From assembly GCF_018350175.1 (NCBI RefSeq), contig NC_058368.1, positions 109,494,001 to 109,558,000 on the forward strand: a stretch of DNA of 64,000 bases. The letters run 5' to 3'. The notes below the pieces were generated by a model that saw only the letters and a program-made list of their open reading frames with translations, made no database searches and was not told the DNA's origin. Positions 1 through 12,900 of this stretch are shown in pieces; position 1 is the first letter of the stretch; the number at the start of each line of letters is the position of its first letter. The translations under genes and the position numbers were made by a program. The DNA is from Felis catus (lineage: Eukaryota).

Positions 1-392
1 CCAGCCTGAACCCAGCCACCTGGGGCCTTTCTAATGGGTGGTACCAATTGACTATGGGGCTTCTTACAGCCCTGGTTCCCTCAAACCACCATCTAGCCCT
101 AAAAACTAGTCCTCTGGGCAAACCCAGCTTTGGTTTTTAAATAAGAAATAATTCAGCTAGGGCTCAGGACCAGACTAAGGAGACAGAGCTCTACAGAAAG
201 AACCCAGAGTGATGAGGGCCCATTGGAGCAGTAGGGAAAAGGCAAGAGAAAACAGCACCAAGCCCAGGAGCTATCTGCAGGCCCCTAAGCAGCAGAGCCC
301 CTGAGGACCACAGTAGACAGTCACACTGCAGGCCCCAACTCAGCGGAGGACCATGAAGCCCACGGAACAAGTTTGGGGGGCAGGGTGTGTAC

Positions 393-579
393 CTTGCTGT
401 CTAGTTTCTTCATGGTCACCAGATCCAGGGACTTGAGGGAGTGCCCAGTGGGCGTGATAAAGTAGAGGCAGACGTGGACCCTCGTATCGTGGTAGTCGAA
501 GAGTGAGCGGCGGATCTTCAGCTCCTCCTGCAGGTAGTTTTCAAACTGCGCGTCGATGTAGTCAACTATGGGCCTGTAA
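393..579 (-). CDS. SEPTIN8: Septin-8 coding exon 4 ([25 protein letters not shown]...TMKKLDSK); gene continues beyond the left edge
   Basis: TCTCTAG acceptor, AAG|GTACAC donor, 187 nt; septin motifs [11 protein letters not shown] and GHSLKSLD. Confidence 0.96.
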
Positions 580-914
580 CTAGAGACAGCTCCATCACTC
601 CTGAGGCAGGCACTGAGCCGCAGGGCGCGGGCTGCCCCCAACCTGCTCTCTGTAGGGACGAGCGGCTTCAGTCTGGGGTTCCCTGTCTGGGTACAGGTGG
701 CTGACCCTGTCTCCTAACCTCCAAAGGGGTCCTTGGGACCTCAGGTGTTCCCCAAGAGGCCCTCCTCTGGCGCCCCATAGAGTGGAGGGCTTGCCGATTA
801 GTGTGGGAGCAGCTAGGAATTAAGGGTGCTTGGGCAGAGCGTTAGAACCGAGCCCACCATGGGGGGAGGGGAGCGGGGATGAGAGTAGGCGGGGCCGCCC
901 TTCCCGCCTCTTGC

Positions 915-1110
915 CTCTCATCCTTATTGATCTGATCCCCGAAGCCCACAGCATCCACGATGGTCAGCTTGAGGTGCACGTTGCTCTCTTGGAGGTCGTA
1001 GGTCTGGGGCCGCAGGCGCACACACTCCTCATGATGACTGGCTTCCTCGGTCTCGAAGGTCGTGTTGAAGAGAGTGTTCATCAGCGTGGACTTGCCAATG
1101 CCAGTCTCCC
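915..1110 (-). CDS. SEPTIN8: Septin-8 coding exon 3 (P-loop GETGIGKST ... G3 DAVGFGD)
   Basis: CCCCAG acceptor; 196 nt; septin GTPase G1/G3 motifs; ends at a non-canonical AG|GCAAG donor whose phase fits the next exon. Confidence 0.95.
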
Positions 1111-2054
1111 CTGGGGAGCAAGGAATGGAGGAGATGTCGAAGTTTAGAAACAGGACTGTCCCTGGCTGCTGGCTAGGATGGGTGGGGCTTGGGCACCTCA
1201 GCCTCCACACAGAAGAGAGGGGCAGGCCTCCAGCTCCATACCTCGCTGTCCCCATCCCGAGGAGCCACCCCTTCTTGGTGGCCTCAAAAACGTGTGGAAG
1301 AAAAAGCCAAAAGGCTGACTTGGACATAAGCCATGGCTATGTGGGATGTGAGAAATGTTTCCTCAGGGTGTGGGGAAGAGGCAGAGCCAGGCAGCTGTGG
1401 GATCCACTGGACATTAGCCTCTGCTAGCCTCAATGGGACCCATCACCTGCTCTGCACACCATTGTTCCTGGGCTGGGGCTGGTCATGAGCCAGGGTCTAA
1501 AGCCATCAGTGGCCTCCTGTTCCAGCTAGCTTTATCCGGTTCAGGACAGGCTGCTTCCCGAGGGGCACCCACAGCCCAGCAGATGCCAGGGCTTAGGCAC
1601 CTGCGGAAGGTGTGGCAGAGCTCTTTGTACCGTTGGCCTTGAGACCCATGGAACCTCCCAGAGCCTCCCTGTTTGGGGCTGTATTTGTTCAGATGCGTGC
1701 CGGAGCTCTCGCATGGTATTATAATAGGACAGTCTTGTTTACCATAGTGTTCTTAATACACAGTAGGAACAAGAGTGAATGTTTTAAAAATAAACACACA
1801 ATCTAAATCTCTGTGATAAACACTCTCAGTTTACAAAGCACTTTCACAGCCCTGATCTTATTCACTCTTCGAGGCAACTGGAGTCAGGCCCCCAATATCT
1901 GTCCTTGACCCTGGCAGAGACACCAATCAGTGCCTCGCCATGACCCTCAAAGTGTCTCTCTGCCTAGGAGGTCCCTTGTAGCTCAACAAGTGGACAGGGC
2001 ACAGAGTTTCATCCCCTGTCTGAGGCTGCCCCCTGGCCAGACTATGACACGTAC

Positions 2055-2175
2055 CCACGCAGAGGATATTAAAGCTGAAGCCCTGTGTGACTGACTTGCT
2101 GACGAGCTGGTCCGGGAGGCTATCGAAGCCCACGTGGCCACCAAGGGAGAGGCTCCGGGGCTCTGGCTCTGCATT
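2055..2175 (-). CDS. SEPTIN8: Septin-8 coding exon 2 ([41 protein letters not shown])
   Basis: CAG acceptor, G|GTACGT donor, 121 nt; SEPT6-group [10 protein letters not shown] and [10 protein letters not shown] motifs. Confidence 0.96.
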
Positions 2176-5100
2176 CTGCCAAGAGAGAAATAGGGCAAAG
2201 CAGTGAGCCCACCGGAGAAGAGGGGCCACGTGGGGAGAGGCTAAACCCCAGTGACATGCACCACCCCTGCCCTTGCCAGAATTCTCAGCAAATCTCAGGA
2301 CATAGTGTGAGTCTGCCAGAGCTCCAACTCCAGGACGAGTTTCCACACAGGAAGCCCAATGTGCCTCAGGGCCCCCGATCCTGTCCTAGAAAAGGGCTTT
2401 CACCCATGGCTCTTCTCTACCTGGGCTGGCAAGCGATACCTGGGCCTGGGGCATCTCCTGGCACAGATGGCCCAGAGAACCATCTATCCTGGTTGCCATC
2501 CCTGAGGGTTCACCTGTCCTCCTGCCCAGGAAGAGGCCCCAAATGGTTCTCCCATCTTAAATAAAGATTTCAAGAGGCCAAGGTTGGAGAGTGTGTATGT
2601 TCCTGTAGCCCCCTCTCAGACCTCACAGACACTCCTACTGAAGCAGGATTCAAGCAGAGGCAGGCCTGGTCTGACCTCTTCACACCTGTTCTCCATCAGG
2701 GGGGCCTCCCTCATTGGGCTGGGCTCACAATTCTCCATGTGCCCCCCTTGTTCGTCATATACCCAAGCATGGAGTGCACAAATGGGCCCCGCTAAAGGGG
2801 CTGGGGCTCCCTCACATGCACCACTGGGTCTCAGGGCTAGTGTCTGAGGCATTGTGACTGAGGCTTCATCCCTCCTGCCTCAGCAGTGTTCTCTAGGGAT
2901 TTCTAGGCTCTGGCTCATACCACCCTCCCACACCCATTCCAGCCCTGGTTGTTTAGACAAAGGATTCTGGATGAGAATATGGAGGTCTGGCCTCAGGAGA
3001 GAGGCAGGCAGCAGGTCCCGAGTGAGCTAGGGCCACTGGAGCTGGCCCACAGCACTATAAAAAGAAACCAGCAGGACCCGAAGCAGAGGGTCAAAGTCAG
3101 ACTCCAATTTGTGCGGATAGTTTCTCTGCTTCCCTGGGAATGGGGATAAAATGCTGTCCTCCGAAGGAAGCTTCCCAGGCTCAGCCTTCCCTGGTTTGGC
3201 CCTCTTAGGGGGCTGGCACCAAAGAGCTCCAAGTTGGGCAGAAACACATCTCCTCCATTCTTGAGCCCCTCTGCCCTGACTGCCCATTAGAAAGAGCAAA
3301 GATGGGGAAGGGCAGTGAGTGTGAGTACCATCCTGCCATCCTGCCCACAGCTCCAGAGGGGAGGAAACAGGCCCAAATGGAGGCAGCCCTAGGAGCTACT
3401 GATCAGTAGACAGTGTGTGGCTACCAAACAGTGGATACGCTGGGTGCCTACCCTCCTGCAGAGTGATCTCCTCAGCACCTGAGCACATTCTGACTTCTTC
3501 GTAGCTGCAGCCTGTTGACTTAGCCTGAACCCCTCCAACCATTCTTTCCTCCCCACCAGAGCCCCTGGCACACAAACTCCACCCTCTCTCCTTGACTAAT
3601 AATGTTCCCCCCGCATCCCCACCCCTGCTTAGTCACTTTAGCCTTTTATCAATGACAGCCAAGTGTGTGCCATGGCAGCCTAGACTCCACATGGACCCTC
3701 TGGGCAGTGGTACTATCTCCTCAAACAAGTCGGGGTTACCCCTAAATCTGCTCTCTGATAACGCTCTCCGTGCAGAGCCTCTGCTCTTACAGCTGACCCT
3801 TTCTCCATATCCCCTGTCGCCAGGGAATCGTGTCACAACCTCCCCACTCAAGCCCAGGTTGCCCCCAGGGCTGCAAACATAAACCAACAAAGAGGCCCCA
3901 AAGGGAGCTTCCTCTCACTGGTGCCCACATCAGAAACAGTTAATGGAGCATAGAATGTGCTGGGTCAGGTCCAAACCCCACACACATGGCATCCTAGGCC
4001 CTCACGGTCTGAGGCCTTCCTCACAGGCTCGGCCAGGTTACCTCTGAATTTGTTCTCCTAACAGAGTCCGCTTCTCAGGACTCCAGAACTCACTCTCCCT
4101 TTTCCCCGGCACCTGCTCTGTCCTGGCTCTATACACCTACATTCCAGACCCCTCACTTGGCTGTGACCCCATTTCCATGCACTATTAGTCGTCCTTTCTT
4201 TATGCATCCCGGTTCTCCAATTCTTCCATAAGCTCCCTGAGGTTGGCTGCAGGCGGGGGGAGGTCAGGCTTTCTGCTCTTCCCACCCTCCCACCACGATG
4301 CCCAACATGCTAGACAATGCTGCCATTTATAAACTACTGAACACTGTCTTCAACTGCTGTGGCATCAGGGGCATCTGCCCACCTCACACAGAGCTTCATT
4401 ATTTAGTCTCGGTTCCACCTGCTCGTGGCAGCTTAAGGATCAAATGGGGGACAGAACAGGGAGTCTAGAGCATTTCTCTTTGCAGGCGAAACAGAAAATC
4501 TCCAAAATTTAAGGCGTGCTGTGCTTGCAGAGAAGGCTATGTGTTTATTCATCCTCTTCTTCCAAGGGTGACACAATCAGGACGCAATCCAACATCCTGT
4601 AGCCTGCCGCCAAAACCCATCCCGTCAGCTGTGTCTGGGAACCACACGCGCGCGCACACTCGGCCACAGAGTCCTTGCACAGAGACAGAGGCCATCCTGG
4701 TTCTGCATTTCCCCCACTTCCTCACAGTTCCAGGCTTCAAAGGCTCACAGCAGCAATCGGGTGGGGGCTCTTGCAGAAGTCCACCTATCCTCACTCACCT
4801 GGCCCTGGCTGCCTTCAGTCACACAACACTGCTCCCTCTGGAGAAGTGTGTGGAGTACAGGGAGATACTCATCCCCAGATTGCTGTCCAGGCTGCACTCT
4901 GTCACTCCAGGGACCACAGGGCTGAGGCAATCAATGCCTGCTCAAGAGCCTCAGGGACCATGGGACTATTGATCTCTAGGACATGTGTGCACACACACAT
5001 GCATACACACAGAGGAGTGGCCTCTGGTCCTGAGGGCAGATTGCTGTTCCCCCTTCTCAGGAGACAGATCTGACTTCCTGACTCTACCGAAGTATGACTC

Positions 5101-8100
5101 TCACTAATGCCAGCCTCTCTGATCCTATATGTGTAATCAACAACATGTGATCCAAGGTGTGCTGCTCACTACCAAGTGCCTGGACCAGGTGTCTTTGCTG
5201 ACCCAGCCTAGGAGGAGCCAGCAGCCCCCAAAGTATCATCAGCATGTCTCAGTTAATACACATCAGAAAGAAATTGCAGATCTCCCAATGGCTGCCTGAT
5301 GACCCTACAAATGCCCTGCAATTTGCAGCTAAGACCTCAGCTCCAACTCTAAAGGTAGGTCCTAATAGTCCTGAGCCAATCATCAGCATGATCCTATGAC
5401 TGGCTACGTTACAATCAGGTGACCCAGGATGAACCTTTATGATCATCTTATAACCATTAGGGGGGCTGGAATAACACTAAAGCCCACTCAGAGGACAGCA
5501 GCGCCAAGAAAATCACAAAAAAACAGAAAGCCAGTGTCTGCTCTACCTCTGAGCTTTTCCCTTTGCCCCCCGCCATATCTCCCCTTTACTGCTTCAGCTA
5601 GTTGAGTGGGCCCATCCAGTCCTTGCAAATGAGGACAACTTGACTGCTAGGGTTTCCAAAGTGAGACTCAGAATGCAAAGGAACAGGGAGAAAGCAAGGA
5701 GCGTAAGGAAGGGAAGGAAAAAGTGTAGAAAGTAAAACGTCTCAGTGTTTACAACCAAAGGAATGAATGAATGCCAAATGATGACACAACACCTCACTGA
5801 GGACCACCCTGTGTGAACTAAGCCAAATGGTTTACGGTCTCCTACACAGCCCTTCCCCACCCTGTGTGGCCGACACCACTATAATTCCCATTTTACAGGT
5901 AAGGAAACTGAGGTGCACAGACACCAGAAAACAAGTCGGAGCAGAGCCAGGATTTGAGAGTAGCCAAGCCCTTGCCCTAAACCACCGTACTACACTACCT
6001 CCCCTATTCTTACAAGGCCCCCGGACTCCTTCATTCAGTCACTCAGCACACACGCGCCAGTCCTGCCTGCCAGGTGTGCCAGGCCCTGGGATGGCTGCCA
6101 AGGAAAAAATGAGGACACCAGATCCCAGACCTCAGGGGCTCAATCTGACGCAGTTTAAACTCAAAGGGCTACAGAGGCCAGGCAGGTAATGTAAATGAGT
6201 GAAGAGGAAAAAGTACAGGAATAACAACAACAATGGCACTAACAGTTGTCGAGAGCTTACCATGTATGACTCTGAATGTCATCTGGCCCACACATCAGCC
6301 CTATGAGGTAGGCTGTAATATCACCTCCATCAGACAGATGAGACAATGGAGGCTCCAAGAGATGAAGTCATTTGCCCATGACCACAGTGCTCAGGAGGGT
6401 GAAGCCAGGATCTGCACGGAGACAGTATGACTGCAAAACCCACGCTTCTAGCCACATCACTCCGTGGCCTGCTGGCTGAAAGACCTGCTGACTTGGCTGA
6501 GTGTGGGGTCCCTCGGGGAGAGGTTAGGAGCGCCAGGGAACTGCAGAGCCTGTGCTCAGTCCACAATGGCCGTGGTTCTGCAACTCCAGCCAACTGTGGG
6601 AACGCAGGCCCAGTGCTGCCAAATCTTAACGATTTTTCCAGAGAATCCACAAATCTAGATTTTTACGTGCAACGCCCTAATTCTGAAAGGTTGGCAACCA
6701 ACACAAACTGAGCACACCACTGGGGCCCAACACAACCTGTCTGAGGGGTGTACCTGGTCCGTGGCCTGACAGTCTGCAACGCCGCGTCTGGTAGGAGAGT
6801 GAGGTAGAAGGACAACACTCTCGTGTCTCCATTCTTGGGGCACGGAGACCCGCAGGAGAGAGCTCCGCAGGAGAGAGCTCCGCCGGAGGGGCCTTCGGCT
6901 GGACAACTCACCTCCCTGGCCTGCTGGCTCAGGGGGCTCCAACTATCCTCAAAGCTCCAGAACAGAGTTGGCAGCTCTGAGCCCTACATACACAATGGGA
7001 AACTCCACAGGACCATTATCCCCTCTCTAATCACTAACAAGCTTTTGGCTCCTGAGCCAGGCCCCAGGCTTCTGTGTCATCATTTCTTTGGCACATCAAA
7101 GACAACAACCAAAATAATAACTGCTCAGGCCGGCTGCATTCCTCCATGCCCGACCGTCCAGAACAAAGTAGAGAATGGCATTTTGTTATACAGCCCAGTG
7201 GATAACTAGGACGTCATCTTCCTGACCAGGAAACGCTCGCTCCGAGCTTTCTGGAGCAGCCCTAAATGCCAGCCAAAATGAGATACTTCTTTCACCATGA
7301 AGAGAGGTGGGTTTGGGGGAGAAACCATGTCTGATGGCTTGCCCACACAAAAACAGGATTTTATCCAGAAGAAATTGGAAATCTGCTGAATGTGTGAACC
7401 AACAGAGCCAAAGAAGCTGTGAGTGGATAAAGAACCCTGAGATCAAACCTCCCAAACTAGGCTGGTCTTTGGGATGGGAAGAGAAACGGTAGCCCACTGG
7501 AAGTGTACCTGACTCCTGAATCCTGGACAAAGAAGAGCTCCCCATCCTAGGCCTTCCACAGAGTTCTCTGGTGCCTTGGTCTTCGTACAGTTTTCTCCCC
7601 CAGGCTCCTAGGCCTAGAACCCACTGGCCTAAGCACCCTGCTAGGCAAACAGGAAGCCCACTTGCCAGGAGAGCTCCAGCCCTAGGGAAGCCCTATTAAT
7701 TGTTGAGCAATGGACCCACGAGTCATTGCGCCACTGGGAGCCTTCCCCACCCATGTTCCTGGCACAGACTATCCAATCCACAGCTCTAGCTACTCTAAGC
7801 AGCCTGGGCCTTAAATAGCCAGAGCAGAGGCTGCTGGCCAGAACCCGTGGTCATAGCACAACTGTCCTTGAGTCTGAGAGGAATCCTAGGAATTTTCCCA
7901 GGAAAGGCTTAGGCTCACATCCCAGGATTCCACAGCAAGCCTCTAAGCCCAGGTCAAAGGTTACGGGAAATAACCAAAGGGATGTGTGCAGGAGGGCAGG
8001 GGGTAGGAATGTTGCTATCCTGGGCCAGAAGGGAAGGATAGGGGCAAGATACACCTATCCACAATCAAGGGAATACCTAGGAACAAAAGCATCTCTCTCC

Positions 8101-8127
8101 TAACACAGCAAAAAAACCTGGGGAGGA

Positions 8128-8264
8128 GAGGTGCCTGGGTGGCTCAGTCAGTCATTAAGACTGACTCTTAATTTCAGCTCAGGTCATGATCCCCGGGTCA
8201 TGGGATCAAGCCCCACATCAGGCTCTGTGCTGAGTGTGGAGACTGCTTGGGATTCTCTCTCTCT

Positions 8265-8312
<48 letters not shown>

Positions 8313-8376
8313 ACCTCTGCCCCTCCCTGCTCATGCATTCTCTCTCTCAAAATAGATAAATAAACATTTAAAAAGA
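8128..8376 (+). mobile_element. CAN-SINE (antisense to SEPTIN8, intron 1)
   Basis: tRNA-like head tgcctgggtggctcagtc, (CT)n, A-rich tail; degenerate TSD aaaaaaacctggg. Confidence 0.9.
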
Positions 8377-8723
8377 AAAAAAACCTGGGAGAAGACATGA
8401 GCATAGACCAAGCAGCACGGTGGCAATAACAGCACCAAGGTAGGTAGGCCCCAGGAGGAGGCCACCGTCATTCTCAAAAGGCCAGTCACCCCCTCCTGCA
8501 TCCTGGGAAGTGAAGGGACTTTGGGTGCAAAACTACTCCCAGGAGCCTAAGGCCACCCCTATACTCCATTCTCTCAGCTTCCCTGTCTCACTAACAGGTA
8601 CTTTCCTCCCTCTTCATGCAAATGGAAAGCCAGGGCCATTGCTTAGTAATATGGGATAATTTGTTGCACACTTCTCATGACAAAATCAGATTTCCAAGAA
8701 GCCATAAGAAGTTACCAACTTTT

Positions 8724-8913
8724 GGGGCGCCTGGGTGGCGCAGTCGGTTAAGCATCCGACTTCAGCCAGGTCACGATCTCGCGGTCCGTGAGTTCGAGCC
8801 CCGCGTCAGGCTCTGGGCTGATGGCTCGGAGCCTGGAGCCTGTTTCCGATTCTGTGTCTCCCTCTCTCTCTGCCCCTCCCCCGTTCATGCTCTGTCTCTC
8901 TCTGTCCCAAAAA

Positions 8914-8942
<29 letters not shown>
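8724..8942 (+). mobile_element. Young feline CAN-SINE (SINEC_Fc-like)
   Basis: CpGs intact, long pure A tail, 16-bp TSD AAGAAGTTACCAACTT (8706-8721 / 8943-8958). Confidence 0.95.
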
Positions 8943-8944
<2 letters not shown>

Positions 8945-9697
8945 GAAGTTACCAACTTCTGGGCCCAACCAGCTCGCTCCAAGCCTAGGACACATACCTG
9001 CTTAGACTGTGTTGTGCTATCTGAGAAGGAGGGGTCCATCCCACCATGGAACAGATAGGAGAGACACTCTGGGCCTCAGAAGCTACTGGAAACTCATGAG
9101 TTCATACTGTCCCATTTGGCTCAGGGACTCCAGCAACAGCTCCCACTGCTTTGCAGTTGGGAAGTCATAACTGATCTGGACATCACTGGAAGGAAACAGA
9201 CTATGTTCCCAAGTGAATGAGACCCCACCCTTAGAAGGGGGAATGGGGACAGCAAACATGACCCTCCCCCTCTCCAATCCCAGGATGGATGCCGGTGCTG
9301 GGAAGGGGCAGAGAAATGCAAGGGCACCAACAATGGCCAGTGGATACTCAGGGCTGCTGTATTATAATTGTCTGTCACTTGCTCCATTCACGCCAGCACC
9401 AGGTTAAGTATCAGGCTTGCACCCTGGCCCCACAACCAGGTCTGGAAAGTGGACTTGAGTCCATACCCAATGGTCCTTCTGAACCCCAGGCCCCAGGGAG
9501 CCCAGACCTAGGAGGTCCCTCAAAGAATAGTTTGAAACTATGATCTGAAATAGACCCTAATTCCCTCCTCCCCTGGTTCTATCCCTCTAATGTGTCCTCC
9601 AGCATAGGGGCCAAGAACTGCCTGGAAGCCATGTGCTCTAAGGACGAGAATATCTAATTGCCTCAAGACCACCCAGGGCAATTAAAGTGAAGTTACA

Positions 9698-9915
9698 GGG
9701 TAGTGCCTGGGTGACTCAGTGGGCTAAGCATCTGACTCTTGATTTTGGTTCAGGTCATGATCTCATCATTCATGAGATCGAGTCCCACATCAGGCTCCAT
9801 GCTGATAGTATGGAGCCTGCTTGGGATTCTCTCTCTCCCTCTCTCTGCCCCTCCCCTGCTCATGCTCTCCCTCTCTCAAACAAAACAAGACAAGACAAAA
9901 CAAAACAAAACAGAT

Positions 9916-9956
<41 letters not shown>

Positions 9957-9980
9957 AATCAGATAATCTTTAAAAAAAAA
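9698..9980 (+). mobile_element. CAN-SINE with (TAAA)n tail
   Basis: SINE body plus TSD AAAGTGAAGTTACAG. Confidence 0.9.
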
Positions 9981-12900
9981 AGTGAAGTTACAGCCAAGAT
10001 GTCCCTTGCCCTGTTCTCCACCACCTCTTCCCAACCATGGTTCCTCATGTGAGTCCTGAGGATACAAATGGTCCCAGCAAAGAACACTCCAGCTCTATCA
10101 TGATGGCAAACTGCCCTTAGAAAATATCCTTTCCCCATGTGCCTGTGTCTCCCTCCTGACCTACACAGCTTCACATCGGGTTGTCTGGCAAAGTTTGAGC
10201 CTTGCGAGCCATGCCTGGGGATCTCAAGACCGGTGTTGGAAGCACAGGGGCAGGAAGGCTGCAGAGGCTGCAGGGGACACACGGAGGCCAGTTAGCCCTC
10301 AGGCCCTTTGCTCTGTCATCCTGCAGTTGCTCTCTTCCAGTAGCTGGACCCGAGCCACAGAGACATTCATGGTAGTTAATGCCCCAGTACGCACCTCCAC
10401 CTAACCCATCTTAGGGCCCCAAATTCAGAGGGCTTTACCTTCTCTGTCATCTCAAGGGTTACTTGGGTGCTGGGATTGGGTCTCAGGTCCAAACTTGCCA
10501 ATGGCCAGAGACTGCCATCCTCACCCAACCACAGGCTGCTGGTATCAACAACCTGATGGGCACAAAACATCCAGAGCCCTCTATGCCACCCAAAGCTTTT
10601 CACAAAAGTCAGGCCCTAGGTCAGGGCCTCCATCCATTTTCTCATCTTGTTGGCACTATAATTAGGCTCCTTCTTGCCACCTTCTCTGTTCCGAGCTTAG
10701 TCAGTCCCTTATCATGTGCTCCCTTGCATCACCAGTGCCTTCCCACCAGCCTCCCTGCTCTGACCCATTCCAAACAAGATCCCAGGCAGACCTTCCTAGA
10801 CTTGACATCCATAGCAAGGCCTGCTGCCCATGAGGGTGGTGGGACAGAGCTGCAGCCTTGCAGGTGGTGTTCACTGATGATCTCTCGACACCACCAGGGC
10901 ACTGAGAGCTTCGCAGACATTCCTTGCTGTGCTCTCATTTCTCTCTCAGAATGGCTCAGCAAGGAGGTTCCTGGCCATTTTTACAGGACAGGGAGATACC
11001 AGTCCATGACAGAGCCCTACTGCGTGAGAGGGTTGCCTCCCACACCCCTTCCCACCAGCTTTTGATTCAGGGAGGGAAGAGGCACTCCTTGGATAGCCTG
11101 CTTCTTGGAGAAGTGTCAAGATTACAGGGGTGACAACGGAAGTGACAGATGGTGCTGGGGATAAAGCAGAGATGGCGGGGGGGGGGGGGGGGTTGGGGGG
11201 GGATGACTGGCTGGGAGGAATGCCAGGCATGAGGCTGCCATGCTCACGCTTCTTCCCTCTCCCCCTCATAGCTCCGCATTCCCCCAGCTCTAAAGCCTCC
11301 CTTGCCCTGGAGTTTCAGCCCTGCCACATGAGATTCTGACAGAAGGAACACAGGAGATGGCCATGGGTGCAGGAAAGTCTGGAACCCATTAAGGAGTCTG
11401 GGACCTAGGAAGGAGGAGGAGCAGAACAAGAGTGGACAGGAGTTGGACTGCTCAAGGACAGCAAGAGGCAAGAGAAACTCCCCAGAGCGCTGTCCCAGAC
11501 ATACACGCCCAGGAGATGTCAACCCTAACCCCGTGGTTGACCTAGGATTGAGCAGGGCTAGACAAGATGTAAAGGCTACTGATCCTGTTTATATCATGCT
11601 ATGTGGGCAATAGGAACCCAGCACATAATGACCTTGAAGTACAAACTCCGTATGCTCATCTAAGCTCCAGAACGGGACAGTTCCCAGGCCCTCCAGGGCT
11701 GGGCTGACCACCAAGCCAGCCTGGGGTGGGGGCTGGGAGGCAGTGTAGACCTGCCAAAGCTCAATCAAATCATAGCCTCATGGTCAATGCTTAACACCAA
11801 AATCAACCCTGAGGCTGGGAGACATCTAAACAGATCTCCAAACATGCCACAGACTGCAATTAACCTTCCACAAACTCTTTGAAGAATATTAGTATGGTTG
11901 GGTCCATTTTATAGCAAGATAGAGAAAGAAATGATTTTCCCAGGGTGACAAGCCAGGAGAGCAGAATGGAGTCCAGACTCTGAAATTCAGGCCAAACCCC
12001 ACCCAAGGTCTCCACCCAAATTCAACCCCATACAAGTCCTCCCAGGAGGCTGCCGGCTCAGAGCATGGAGGGTGTGGAAGGCGTCCACCCAGCCAGCTTA
12101 ACCTGACATAGTCACCAAGGCTCCTGGACAGCCATACATACCTGAGTCAGTCCTGTCTTTGTGCCTTGGCCCACCATGGAGATAATACCCGAAATCCTCA
12201 CAGAAATGCCAGCATGGGAATCTGAGGGAAAGGCCTTTTCCATTCCACCTCCTGGAAGTGCAATCAACTCCCTCAGCTCAATTCTGAGGACAATCTCTGG
12301 GTGTGCAGTGACAGGAGCCCTAGGGAGGGGACCATGGAATGGAGCTAACTCATTTTCTGCTGCCTTCCTATACAGAGGACCAGTTTCTACCTCCACATGG
12401 ACACTAGGTATCATGTGTCATTTATTATGTCCTTATCACATGCCAGACCTTGCTCTACGTACTTCACCAGGATTCTCTCGCTGAATCTGCCCAATAACCC
12501 GAGGAGGAAGGTAATATTTTCATCCCATTATATAGATGAGAACACTGAGGGGTTAAATAATTTTCTCAAGGTCACATGGCCAATAAGTAGTAGCCTAAGA
12601 TTCATATCAGACAGTCTGATTCTAGTTACTCTGCATACCGCTCCCACCAGCAAGACCAACTGTTAGGGTAACCTCTGACCACAGACAAGACTCAGACATA
12701 ACTTTCTGGTCAGCTGGACACAGAAAATGTACACAGACACACATGCACAGATGCACAAACACTGCCAGATCTCTTGGCCTCCAGCTCATCAGCAGGTCTC
12801 TTAGGATTCAGAGACTGCCCTCCTTGGGTACATAAATTCCAATTTATAGTGCAGGGGTGAGGTAAACCTCTGATTCCACTCCTCCTGTATTTAAACTTAC

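Noticed and set aside
10463..11065. 200-aa plus-strand ORF in SEPTIN8 intron 1
   Set aside because: TTG start, no domain, no promoter or splice support; plausible by chance
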